Shown: positions 11,857-21,579 of the stretch, in pieces
How the letters are laid out: each line of letters opens with the position of its first letter
Position numbering within the stretch: position 1 is the stretch's first letter
From: Naegleria gruberi
Lineage: Eukaryota
Assembly (NCBI GenBank): GCA_000004985.1
Contig: GG738902.1
Reading direction: 5' to 3' (one strand)
DNA: 64,000 bases
Made by a program: the position numbers and the translations under genes
Notes under the pieces: model-generated
Seen by the model: the letters and a program-made list of their open reading frames with translations, nothing else
Told to the model about the DNA's origin: nothing
Database searches by the model: none

Positions 11857-13140
11857 ATGCTTCAAACCCTCAACCAACAACAACAACACAGAAGGGCCGA
11901 AAGCAGCCCAAAATCTACAACTACTTTTGCATCATCAAATAATTCAATTATTGATTCTGATGCAGTCTCCAACAAGGTAAATGAATGGATTGGTTCCTTC
12001 TCAACTTGGACTTCTTCCGTTCAAAAATCCTTGGAGAATACTTTCAAGCAAGATGAAACAACCGCCACCACAACAACAACCCTTCCAACCACCAACAAGT
12101 CAAAGAAGGCACCACCATCATCATCCGTTGTTACCTCTACCACCACCGCCAGTAACAATGACTTTGTCAATGTTGACTTGTCATCATCCAGCGCTGTGGT
12201 GATGAATAATAACACGTTAAAAAAATCCCAACCAACCACTCAAAGCCTTCAACCAGCTTCTACCACTGCTTCCTCACCAACACAAAACAAAATGATGGAA
12301 AAACGATCACTGATAAGAAATCAAGACTTTTCCAGTGGAGAGGAAGATGAAGAATCACTTATTGGATCATTGAAGAAGGGGTCATCATTTTTGAAGGCTT
12401 CCACTGCCGGATCTTGGTTTGATTCAACTTTCTCTAACATCAAGACACAACTCTTCTCCGAAAATAACAAACCAACTGAAGAAGATGACGGACCATTGGC
12501 CAAGTCATTCTCTTCAAAGACCTCCTCGACTAAATCTCCTTCTCCTGTATCATCAACACAAAATAATTTATTGGACTCACTCTCTTCTACCTTTTCATCC
12601 CTCAAAACTCAAACAAATGACAAGTGGTCATCATTGACATCTCAATTCTTTGAAACTCAACCACCTATTGATGAAAATGATAATTCTTTTATTGGTAGAC
12701 TTTCAAAGGACGTTGATGGTATGGTAACTTTATCTGCCAAACAAAGAATGTATGGATTCTTTATGGCATTAGGATTTGGATTGTTGTGTATTCTGATTGC
12801 ACTTGGATTTTTACCATCCATCTTATTTGCTTCTGGTGCTTTTGCATTCTTCTACACATTTGGTAATTTGTTATGCCTTACATCCACTTTATTCCTTGTT
12901 GGACCAGCTGCACAACTCAAGAATATGTCAAAACCTGAAAGAGCTATTCCATCAGCACTTTTTGTTGGATCAATGATATTGACATTGTTGTGTGTTTTCT
13001 TTATGCCACTTGCCATTTTTATTATCATTTTGGTTATTGTTCAAACAGTTAGTTTGGCTTGGTATGTCGTTTCATACATACCATTTGCTCAATCAATTCT
13101 AGGAATGGTCTTCTCTTCATTCATGAAACTCTTCAATTAA
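11857..13140 (+). CDS. Got1/SFT2-like vesicle transport protein with a long Ser/Thr-rich N-terminal extension
   Basis: The C-terminal about 150 aa hold four hydrophobic helices with the family-typical R-x-x-GF...LCL-S-FL-GP-Q...M-x-x-x-R pattern. ATG at 11857. Confidence 0.6.
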   Translation: MLQTLNQQQQHRRAESSPKSTTTFASSNNSIIDSDAVSNKVNEWIGSFSTWTSSVQKSLENTFKQDETTATTTTTLPTTNKSKKAPPSSSVVTSTTTASNNDFVNVDLSSSSAVVMNNNTLKKSQPTTQSLQPASTTASSPTQNKMMEKRSLIRNQDFSSGEEDEESLIGSLKKGSSFLKASTAGSWFDSTFSNIKTQLFSENNKPTEEDDGPLAKSFSSKTSSTKSPSPVSSTQNNLLDSLSSTFSSLKTQTNDKWSSLTSQFFETQPPIDENDNSFIGRLSKDVDGMVTLSAKQRMYGFFMALGFGLLCILIALGFLPSILFASGAFAFFYTFGNLLCLTSTLFLVGPAAQLKNMSKPERAIPSALFVGSMILTLLCVFFMPLAIFIIILVIVQTVSLAWYVVSYIPFAQSILGMVFSSFMKLFN

Positions 13141-13358
13141 GATATAAATATTTAATTCATTATTCTAATTTGTAGTATTATTTTACAAAATATCAACATG
13201 TTCAATCCTGTTAAAATTTCAACAATGCTGACATATCTGAGTGAAGGCAAACTAACCTTCATGTTAAGGAAAATATTCTCGAGGAAATAAAAAATAATCG
13301 TTTATACTTCCATTACTCCAATAAATTAATCTACCACAGAATGTGACAGTTCCACAGT

Positions 13359-13997
13359 TTAATCCTTTCTCTTCCATACACAATTCATTGTAACATTGGC
13401 AGCTTTGAACATTTGGAATACAGGACAAGATCTCTCAACTCTTTCTTTTAAGGTGTCAATTCTTTCGTTCGATTCATTAGTTTCAACTTCAAATACCATA
13501 TCGACTGATTTAAAGTGAGCAGGAACACCAGCCACACCTCTCAATCCTCTGACATCTAAAACACCCGACATTTTGGTGCAGGAAATTGATTTGATTTGCA
13601 TCTTCATGCCTCTAGCAGCATATCGAGCAGTTATTATTTCACAACCAGACAATGATGCCAACGACAATTCCAATGGAGTAGGACCTTGATTTGTTCCTCC
13701 TAAAGTAATTGGTTCATCCATATTGATTGCAACACTTGGACAAGTACCTGCTGTAGAAACAACTAGGGAACCTTCTTCGGAAATTGATGTAATATTAAAA
13801 GTCTTTAAATATTTGCTAACATCTTCCTCTGCAGCTGCTGGTTTCTTTTCCTCCAAACAACGATTCATCACCGATGAAAAATTATTGACAAGAGCAGCAC
13901 TACCAGTTGATTTGATCATTCCGCTATTATTAAACCTCTTCAACAAGAGTGAAGGAAGACTGCTGCTGGTTCTATTAAGCAAAGTTCTTTTGATCAT
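13359..13997 (-). CDS. OsmC/Ohr-family peroxiredoxin-like protein with an N-terminal presequence
   Basis: GPTPLELSLASLSGCE matches the OsmC signature around the peroxidatic Cys, and a second Cys lies in ...RSCPVF. The N-terminus is Arg/Ser-rich with no acidic residues, so targeting-peptide-like. Confidence 0.7.
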   Translation of the reverse strand: MIKRTLLNRTSSSLPSLLLKRFNNSGMIKSTGSAALVNNFSSVMNRCLEEKKPAAAEEDVSKYLKTFNITSISEEGSLVVSTAGTCPSVAINMDEPITLGGTNQGPTPLELSLASLSGCEIITARYAARGMKMQIKSISCTKMSGVLDVRGLRGVAGVPAHFKSVDMVFEVETNESNERIDTLKERVERSCPVFQMFKAANVTMNCVWKRKD

Positions 13998-14203
13998 TTT
14001 TTTTCTATTAATTGCTGTTGATGGGATTTTAATTTCGCCTCTTTTATGATAACTATCAAAAAGGAAGCAAACCAGAAGAGGACAATAGAAATTTCATATT
14101 TACAACTTGCTTTTAGTGGAAAGGGTATTGAGAAGTTTTTAGATTTTCTTTAGATTTTCTTTCAATTCTAAAGCTTGAAGAAAGGTGAAGTTTACAATTC
14201 TCT

Positions 14204-15049
14204 TTAACCATAGTATGAACGATCCTTAATGAATGTACATATTGTGATTGGTTCTTTTCCTTCTGATTCATAAGTGACTGATAATATTTCAATATTTTCT
14301 TCTTGATAGGTAGGTCCATAACGATCTCTGCCAGCTTTCTTTTTTCTTGCAATGCTTGAATGATTGACAAGTAGCTTTTCAGAGGAATCATTTGCAGAAC
14401 ACCACCAATCATTTAGAAGTGTTGAGAAGAATTGTCTGATATTCTTTTCGAAACTGTCAACTCCAGATGCTCTTTCTCTAGCTTGTCTCTGTTCGAAATA
14501 GGATTCATCTTGAGATCCAACAATTGTTGATGAGAATGCACCATCTGCAGAACCACTCTTACCACCTGAACTGTAAGAAATCTGAGTTGCAACAAACACA
14601 GCTCCACTTTCCTCAAATAATGGATCAATCAACTTGGATTTTTCACTCGTATTTCTTGGAATTGAAATTACTCTATTTGTGATAGAGCCAATCCATGGAT
14701 ATTCCTTTGGTTTTGCTAATGTTTCATCTTCATCACCAAAAAGATCTTCACATTCTCCACAATCATCTTCCTCTTCTTCTTCTGGAGCTTGATCTTTCGT
14801 AAGGAATGAATATCTTTCGGCTTCCTTGTCCACAGTTTGTCTACTCGTAAAGAAGCCTTGTCTAGTACTTGTATTCTCAGTTCGGGAATTTATTCTACCA
14901 ACTTGGGCTCTACTTGTTCCCTTAGCATTTCTTTCTCCTCCACCCAAATCATACTTTCTAGGACAAGCAAGAACTTCTACATAATTTTCTTGCCAATATT
15001 CGGACCACCACTGAGCACTTCTTAATTCCATCATCGGAACTTCAGACAT
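14204..15049 (-). CDS. Hypothetical protein (281 aa) with an acidic Cys-containing central stretch
   Basis: ATG at 15049. Clean ORF. No recognised domain. Confidence 0.4.
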   Translation of the reverse strand: MSEVPMMELRSAQWWSEYWQENYVEVLACPRKYDLGGGERNAKGTSRAQVGRINSRTENTSTRQGFFTSRQTVDKEAERYSFLTKDQAPEEEEEDDCGECEDLFGDEDETLAKPKEYPWIGSITNRVISIPRNTSEKSKLIDPLFEESGAVFVATQISYSSGGKSGSADGAFSSTIVGSQDESYFEQRQARERASGVDSFEKNIRQFFSTLLNDWWCSANDSSEKLLVNHSSIARKKKAGRDRYGPTYQEENIEILSVTYESEGKEPITICTFIKDRSYYG

Positions 15050-15331
15050 CTTTTTATTGTGTTATTGGATATATATTTGATGATCAATTTTTAAAGTTCT
15101 CAAAGGCTAGAATTTGTTAGCTAACTTGTTTGAGTTTTTTTTAAAATAATTGAGGATGAACTTGAGTTAATTGTAAATAGTTTCAAACATCATTGAACAG
15201 CTTTGATGAAGGTCTTTGATGCTTTGGAAATTTAATTCATTTACAAAAAAACTCCACAGATATGACAACAAAAAATGACTATTAATTGTTGTACTACTCT
15301 GTTTATTATAACATTTGTATACAAATTGCAA

Positions 15332-16024
15332 TTAACAACCAAATAATTGTGGATTGAAATTTTGAGGATTGGCAGTGAATGGACCTTGGCTGCCATCAAT
15401 CTTCAATTGAACCATATCATCCATTCCATATAAAAGTCTTGCAAATTCATCTCTGGTATCTGTTACAATTCTGTAAGAGTTAGATTCGCCATTATATTGA
15501 CCTTGCCACAATTGATACTTTAATTTACCATCAAACTCTTCTCTGACATATGCAGAATCCTTAGACAAGCTCCAATTTGGCATATCGTCCATACCATAAC
15601 CAAATTGCCAAAAGTCTCTTGTTTTTGTACAATTCAAAGAAATGACAGTTCCACCGCCAACTTGAATGGTTTTGTATTTGATGAGATAGGTATCAACCTT
15701 GACTCTGAGTGAAGACGGACCATAAATATTGATAATGGTTTGTTCTGGGAGATAGGTTGTGTTTACATTGAACAAGTCAATTCTCTCAGCTCTATTATAA
15801 TAATCATAATAATAAGTAGCATTGGTAAACTTCAAGTTAGTGTCTGCATAGGATACAGTCACATTGCTGGCGATGAAAGCAAGTGGGAGTCTTGGATTTT
15901 CTTTCATTGGCATGGTTGGCAAGATTTTGAATCTTTCTGGAATTCTTGAACAGGAAACAAATCCAAGGAAATAGAGCAAGCTGACCAAAACGAAAGCTGA
16001 ACCAACTGCAGTCGATACTTTCAT
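15332..16024 (-). CDS. Secreted protein of unknown function with an internal YGMDDM repeat
   Basis: N-terminal signal-peptide-like hydrophobic segment (AVGSAFVLVSLLYFLGFVSC). There are two copies of the W/YGMDDM motif. 230 aa. Confidence 0.45.
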   Translation of the reverse strand: MKVSTAVGSAFVLVSLLYFLGFVSCSRIPERFKILPTMPMKENPRLPLAFIASNVTVSYADTNLKFTNATYYYDYYNRAERIDLFNVNTTYLPEQTIINIYGPSSLRVKVDTYLIKYKTIQVGGGTVISLNCTKTRDFWQFGYGMDDMPNWSLSKDSAYVREEFDGKLKYQLWQGQYNGESNSYRIVTDTRDEFARLLYGMDDMVQLKIDGSQGPFTANPQNFNPQLFGC

Positions 16025-17062
16025 TTTTTGTTTTTTTTTTGATTATGATTAATTGGTGTTGATCTAAATTTTCATATTTATGACCAATTCAACTCGAATT
16101 CATTTGGATGTCGATTAGAGGTTTGTCTCCGGATACTATTTTCTGTACCAAATAAGGTGATAATGGAAACAAGTTAGAACCAAAAAGCTGGGGCAAATTC
16201 TTTGGTCCCGCAATTACCCGCCGATAGTCGCCTCTCAAAATTACACGCATATTCAAAATGGCCTGAAATCGTCACTGGGAAAACATGGGCCAAGTTGACT
16301 TCCAACGATATATATAATATCACACCACATAAAATTAACAGTACGTAACGGTCATATATAAACTACTATTCATGAATTGTAATGTTTTCAATTGTTGTAT
16401 TTCACGAGTAAATAATCAATTTGTCATTTTGAAAAATTACAATTTTAATTACAACAGCTTAAAAACCACATTTTCTAAATTTCATATGGTAATCTCTCTG
16501 AATTATATTGTATACATACCAGAAAGTAATGTATCAATTATTTGCTATTTAAAACCTTGTATTTTTAAATATTTATCTATTAAACTTTAACTACTATATT
16601 TGGAATATAATTTTCAATATTCTCAAGAAATAATTAACCAATTTTTTTCATGGTTAATGTTAAATTATATAAAGATGATAATCAAGCAAAATAATATAAA
16701 TTGTTAATGATTTAGTGTTTCAGGATTCAAATCTTATGTTTTTGTCAATTTATCTTCCTTATTTTTCAGTATTTTAAAAAAACCCGAATCAGAAAGATTG
16801 TAATTGTAATTTATTTTTGTTTCGTATATTGTTGGAGATGTAAATCATTAAGAATAAAAACTAGATACGAAAAAACATTGAAATTCTTGCTGGACCAGTG
16901 GTAAATTTTTAACTTAGTAGAAATTCAAAAAATGCCACCAAAGCCAAAGCAAGTTCATGCTACGATCAAAAATAAGCTTGAATAGCTAGCTAATAGAACA
17001 AGAATGATGATCTCTCTAGTATTTGTCCTGGTATTGATTTAAAAAGAATTGGTGATGTAAAA

Positions 17063-17658
17063 TTGATTAATTTAATTGGAAAGAAAGTTTTTATTCGTGA
17101 TGGTCGTTTATTCACCCATTCCGAACCAATTACAATATCATCTAGACAATGTACATGCCCTTCTTGTGGAAAATTGTATAGAAATTCATTACGAAAGTAC
17201 CATGACAGAATGCCATCATTGAATACATCATGGAATAGCTTATTACCTTCTCTTATTGATGGAATTATCACGCAAATATTTGTAAAGAATTTATTGAGAA
17301 AATTATTTAAAAATAATTTTTCAAATTTATTGGACTCAATTTCAACACCTAAACTCAAAAGAAACTCAAAAGAAAAAGAAATGAATTAATTTCTGAAACA
17401 GAGAATTCACCACCAGTCAAAAAAGTCAAACAAAAGACTATTGGAACGAAATCAGATTCAACAGATAGGAAATCAGTAAAAACGACACGAGACCCAAAAC
17501 GGATTCCTATTAAATGTGGGTGTAGATATGATGAAAATTCATTGGATAAATGTGGCTGTCTTACCAATAAGTGTAGCTGTACTAAGAATAATAGGAGTTG
17601 TTCAGAACTTTGTGTAAATTGTAAAGGAAGATGCAGTGTAATTCGTATTAAACTTTGA
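17063..17658 (+). pseudogene. Candidate Cys-rich (CXC/tesmin-like) gene disrupted by a frameshift, or an unresolved gene structure
   Basis: ORF 17063..17389 (frame 0) and a second open frame 17353..17658 (frame +2) overlap without any GT...AG between them. The second frame encodes IKCGCRYDENSLDKCGCLTNKCSCTKNNRSCSELCVNCKGRC but has no start codon. The junction lies in A-homopolymer runs. Confidence 0.25.
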
Positions 17659-17691
17659 GTAGACTGACTTGTAATTTTTTTAAAAAATTTG

Positions 17692-17773
17692 GGTGGCCTG
17701 AAGGAGACTTCTAAAAAAATCGCTGGAGTCGGCCACCCGTGCAAAATTACTGCATGCAGTACAAAACCCATGG
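17692..17773. other. GC-rich palindrome cluster (GGGTGGCC...GGCCACCC hairpin, TGCATGCA, CCCATGGG) in the AT-rich intergenic region
   Basis: An 8-bp perfect GC-rich stem with a 33-nt loop at 17692..17740 is followed by two 8-bp palindromes. It is a strong local GC outlier, about 120 nt upstream of the 17889 ATG. Confidence 0.4.
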
Positions 17774-17888
17774 GATGAGCAAAATTTGTCCTTGAATTAA
17801 AACGTGAATCTGGTTGGAAACAAATCTGATTGTTTACAAAATTAATGTTAAATTCCGTAAACAAGTAATTGTAAACTCATCTTAAAAA

Positions 17889-18503
17889 ATGGGACAACAA
17901 CAAACAACAGAACCTCCGACGCTTCATGTGGTGATCACTGGATTGGATGCTCACGGAAAATCAACTTTTATTTCAAAAATAATTCGTGGAGGTGAGACTA
18001 CACTTCTCAGATATTGTCAGACAATAACTTCTAATATTTTATATCATCGCAAGATGGAAAATATTCATCTAGCATCAAATAATAAGAATATTGATGCAAT
18101 ATTTAATTTTACAATATTTGATTGTAATATTATGAGTCATGTATCAAAGAGAGTGTTATATCAATTTTGGAATAGTCTTGTTGTTGATTGCAAGTTGATT
18201 GTTTTTCTGTTTGATTCGGGTGATAAGGACAGAATTGAGGAGGTTAGGGAACAATTTCATAAAATTATGGAAATGGTATTGGAATTAAATTGTAAATTAT
18301 TGATTATTTCTTCAAAGGTGGATTTACCTTATCATTTACAAACAGATGAAATTGTGAATAACATTTTGGAAATTAAAAATTGGAATTTACCAGAGGATAG
18401 ATGGGCAATTCATACATTTGATCATAATATGAGATCTTCGAAAGTGGTGAATGCATTCAGTGATTTTGTAGATGGTGTAATTAAATCAATTCCACAAAAC
18501 TGA
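17889..18503 (+). CDS. Divergent Arf/Arl-family small GTPase-like protein (probable pseudo-GTPase)
   Basis: An MG N-terminus could be a myristoylation site. The P-loop GLDAHGKST is intact. The Arf G3 motif WDVGGQ is replaced by FDCNIM, and NKxD is replaced by SKVD. The overall Arf scaffold is conserved (FDSGDKDRIEEVREQF matches VVDSNDRERVNEAREEL). Confidence 0.6.
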   Translation: MGQQQTTEPPTLHVVITGLDAHGKSTFISKIIRGGETTLLRYCQTITSNILYHRKMENIHLASNNKNIDAIFNFTIFDCNIMSHVSKRVLYQFWNSLVVDCKLIVFLFDSGDKDRIEEVREQFHKIMEMVLELNCKLLIISSKVDLPYHLQTDEIVNNILEIKNWNLPEDRWAIHTFDHNMRSSKVVNAFSDFVDGVIKSIPQN

Positions 18504-18534
18504 ATAACAGAAATTTGAGGTTTGAGAAATAGAT

Positions 18535-19827
18535 TTATTGATCAGGTAATCTGAAATTCATTCTATCTACATAAAGCCATAACTTTCTAGGATCAATGTG
18601 TGGAGCTAGTGGACATTCGTATGGAACATTCCAAGCATTTGGAGTTGTACTACACCAAGTATTTGTTAATAGCTTGACAGTCGCAGTGTAGAGAGCTGGA
18701 CTCATTCTCAATTGTTGTTGCATTGGTAAATAGTAGAATTCAACCATGGCTCCAAAATTTCCTCCAATTTTTGCGAATTGATTTTGTGAAACTGATTTAC
18801 CATTGACACTAATTGGACAGCCTGCAAGAGTGGAATAATGACATAATTCTACAAGAAGTTGATCACAATCAGCATCTGTTACAATATTTTCCACAACTAC
18901 ATATCCAAATCTATGGAAGAAATCAATATGTCTTTGAGTGAGGAAGTGATCATTCTCTTGTAAAATCTGATCAATCACACTAACTGGATGTTCATCATCA
19001 ACAGTCAACAAATTCTGATAAGGTTGCTCATTGTAAAGACATTCACCGAGTGGGGTTAATGGTACAAGATCCTTTTCTGGTTTTAAAAATTGTTGTTCCA
19101 TTCTGAATTTAGTACCAAAATCATCTGGATGTTCAAAACGTTTTCTCTTTTCTTGCAATTGCTTGATTGTTTGATAATTGACCTTGTGAGCACAACTGTA
19201 AGCATGATAAAATACAGATCTAGGTCTATTCATATCATTGGCATCTGAATTTCTATGAGCTGTTCTATTATCAAAGAATATATAATCACCCTTCTTAATT
19301 GGAATATATTCCAATCTATCATGCTCCTTTACAATATTCCTCACATATTCCACCATTTCATCTGCACTATTCAATTGATCTAAAGTATTGTTAGCAGGTG
19401 GTGGATTCCAATTTTGTGGAATTCTTTGAACTTTCCTCACCAATTCATATAATGGTTTATCCTCCTCCTTATTAAATCTCAAATGATATGAACTAACCCA
19501 AGGAGATTTAGCTCTCATTTCACTTGCTGATCTCAATTTTAGATCCACTGCTGGAAAATACTTTTCACACACAGAGGCAAATCCAGGAATCACCTCCAAT
19601 CCACCCTCCTTCTTATGTCTATTGACACATCCATCAGTTAAACAAACCATCGATTGGAAAGGTCTAAATCTATCCAATGGACCATATGTAAAATCTGTCT
19701 TTAATTTACCCCACAAATTATATGGCCAACAATCCAAGTGAAGACCTGTTCCTGTTTGAGTCATTGTGATTTCATCTGATTCCGAGGAAGATGATGCTGT
19801 TGTGTTTTTCTTGTTTTTCGGTGGCAT
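18535..19827 (-). CDS. Phytanoyl-CoA dioxygenase (PhyH)-family Fe(II)/2OG oxygenase-like protein with its domain halves in permuted order
   Basis: ATG at 19827. Residues about 20-210 resemble the PhyH region from the HxD motif to the C-terminus (LHLD...NGxL-VIPG...KGDYIFFDNRTAHRNSDANDMNRPR). Residues about 290-430 resemble the PhyH N-terminal region (FLTQRHIDFFHRFGYVVVENIVTDADCDQL ... PHID). Confidence 0.55.
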   Translation of the reverse strand: MPPKNKKNTTASSSSESDEITMTQTGTGLHLDCWPYNLWGKLKTDFTYGPLDRFRPFQSMVCLTDGCVNRHKKEGGLEVIPGFASVCEKYFPAVDLKLRSASEMRAKSPWVSSYHLRFNKEEDKPLYELVRKVQRIPQNWNPPPANNTLDQLNSADEMVEYVRNIVKEHDRLEYIPIKKGDYIFFDNRTAHRNSDANDMNRPRSVFYHAYSCAHKVNYQTIKQLQEKRKRFEHPDDFGTKFRMEQQFLKPEKDLVPLTPLGECLYNEQPYQNLLTVDDEHPVSVIDQILQENDHFLTQRHIDFFHRFGYVVVENIVTDADCDQLLVELCHYSTLAGCPISVNGKSVSQNQFAKIGGNFGAMVEFYYLPMQQQLRMSPALYTATVKLLTNTWCSTTPNAWNVPYECPLAPHIDPRKLWLYVDRMNFRLPDQ

Positions 19828-20193
19828 TTATCTCGTGAGCAGATATTGTGTGTGAATTTTTTTTTGATTGTTGTGGATTTTCATTTTCTTTCACAGGTTA
19901 AATTGTGAAAATGAAGCAAAAAAATACTCGATTTCAAGATTGAGGTTGAAAATAGAAAAATCTTCATGAGGATGTTTGTGTTTAGTGGGTTCTCTGGAGA
20001 ATACACCTTTTTATACGGTAACACCGCATCCAAAACGAATTTGGGCTCAAAATCAACAAGAAATCAATGATAACTATTACCAGTTTAGTCTCTCAAATGA
20101 GCTCACCAAAACAGATGCTGATTGTAAATTGCACAACTTTCTCATTGTAAAGTATGCAAGATCAACCAATTAACAAAAGCCAATCAAAAAAAA

Positions 20194-21579
20194 ATGACTC
20201 AACACTTGTATGGAGATAAACCATTTTCTTCTTCCGATGAGTTGCAATCGATCAGCAGTATTAGAATTAATGACATTAGAATTGAGGAAATTAATAAATC
20301 AATGGAGGGAGAAACGATTCGCTTGATTGCAAGAGCTTCAAGAGTTGTAAAAAAGGGAAAATTATGTTTTGTTCGGTTGAGAAGAAACTCACATTCGATA
20401 CAGGCATGTTTCCTTGCAAAAAATGATCAAGAAAGGGAAATGGTTAAATATATTGGAGGAATTCCTCATGAATCAATAGTGGAAGTTGTTGGAATAATTG
20501 TTATGAGAAAGAGTAAGAGTAATGAAACTGTTTCAGAGTTGGAATTGGAAATGAAAGAGATTTATTGTTTATCAAGAGCTCAAAAATTGGATTATGAATT
20601 GGATGAATTGGAAGATATGAGGCAGAGTAGGTCCTTACATACTAAGAGATATGTCAGCTTGCGACATTCCTTTATGCATCATATTTTCAAATTGCAATCT
20701 TTAATTGGAAGAAAGTTTTGTGAATATATGTATTCGAAAGATTTTACAGAAATTCACACACCTCACATTGTTAAAAATCAAAGTGATAATAATATATCCA
20801 GTTTTACTTTTGATTATTTTGGTAATAGTGTTGAATTGACCACCTCTTCACATCTACATCAACAATTAGCTATTCATGGTGGATTGGATAGAGTATTTGA
20901 GATTTCTTGTGCATTTGAAAAGCACCATGGCTGTACGCATGTACACTTGAACGAAAAAACAACATTGAATTTTGGAATGACTATTGCCTCTCACTACCAT
21001 GAAGTAATATCTGTGGTGAAAGAGTTATTGAACTATATTATTGATGAAATATCAGAATATGAAGGATTGGAAGTAATTGCAAAGCATAACTCAAGGGGTC
21101 TAGAAAAATTAAAGAAAACAGAAATTTTGGAGCTCACATTCAAAGAAGCTGATGCCCTATTGATAGCCAATTGTTCAGAAAATGAATTTGGTGGATTTAT
21201 GGCACTTAGAGAAGTAGCAAGTTACTTTAAAGATTATACTGACATTTTGATTATTCAAAATAGTGCACATGAAGAAGTTGGTTGTTTTGAAATGCCAAGT
21301 TCAACTGGAAAGGGCTTTAACAATTTCATCATTCTTATTAGAGGAATTGTTGTTGGACGTGGATGCCAATATATTCACGATGAGGAATTGTTGAAGCATC
21401 AGGTTCGCTGTCATGCCCCTGATCTAGTATCAGCTTTGAAATATGGTGCTCAACCTTGTGGTGGATGTTCAATTGATTTAGAGTTATTCTTAATGCAATT
21501 CCTTCAATTAAGCAATGTTCGATTCACCTCTCTATTTCCAAGAGCTCCCACTATCTATGAAAATGAGCAACTACTTTAA
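20194..21579 (+). CDS. Class II aspartyl/asparaginyl-tRNA synthetase-like protein, probably catalytically inactive
   Basis: It has an OB-fold-like N-terminal region and a class II core collinear with eukaryotic AspRS (FTEIHTP..., THVHLNE matches THRHMTEF). Motif 2 fRxE is FEKH and motif 3 GxGxGxER is CGGCSIDLEL, so both invariant arginines are lost. Confidence 0.65.
   Translation: MTQHLYGDKPFSSSDELQSISSIRINDIRIEEINKSMEGETIRLIARASRVVKKGKLCFVRLRRNSHSIQACFLAKNDQEREMVKYIGGIPHESIVEVVGIIVMRKSKSNETVSELELEMKEIYCLSRAQKLDYELDELEDMRQSRSLHTKRYVSLRHSFMHHIFKLQSLIGRKFCEYMYSKDFTEIHTPHIVKNQSDNNISSFTFDYFGNSVELTTSSHLHQQLAIHGGLDRVFEISCAFEKHHGCTHVHLNEKTTLNFGMTIASHYHEVISVVKELLNYIIDEISEYEGLEVIAKHNSRGLEKLKKTEILELTFKEADALLIANCSENEFGGFMALREVASYFKDYTDILIIQNSAHEEVGCFEMPSSTGKGFNNFIILIRGIVVGRGCQYIHDEELLKHQVRCHAPDLVSALKYGAQPCGGCSIDLELFLMQFLQLSNVRFTSLFPRAPTIYENEQLL

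Noticed and set aside
14113-14628. ORFs 14113..14412 and 14413..14628 on the minus strand.
   Set aside because: They are alternate frames nested in the 14204..15049 gene. The longer ORF, with a proper ATG, is preferred.
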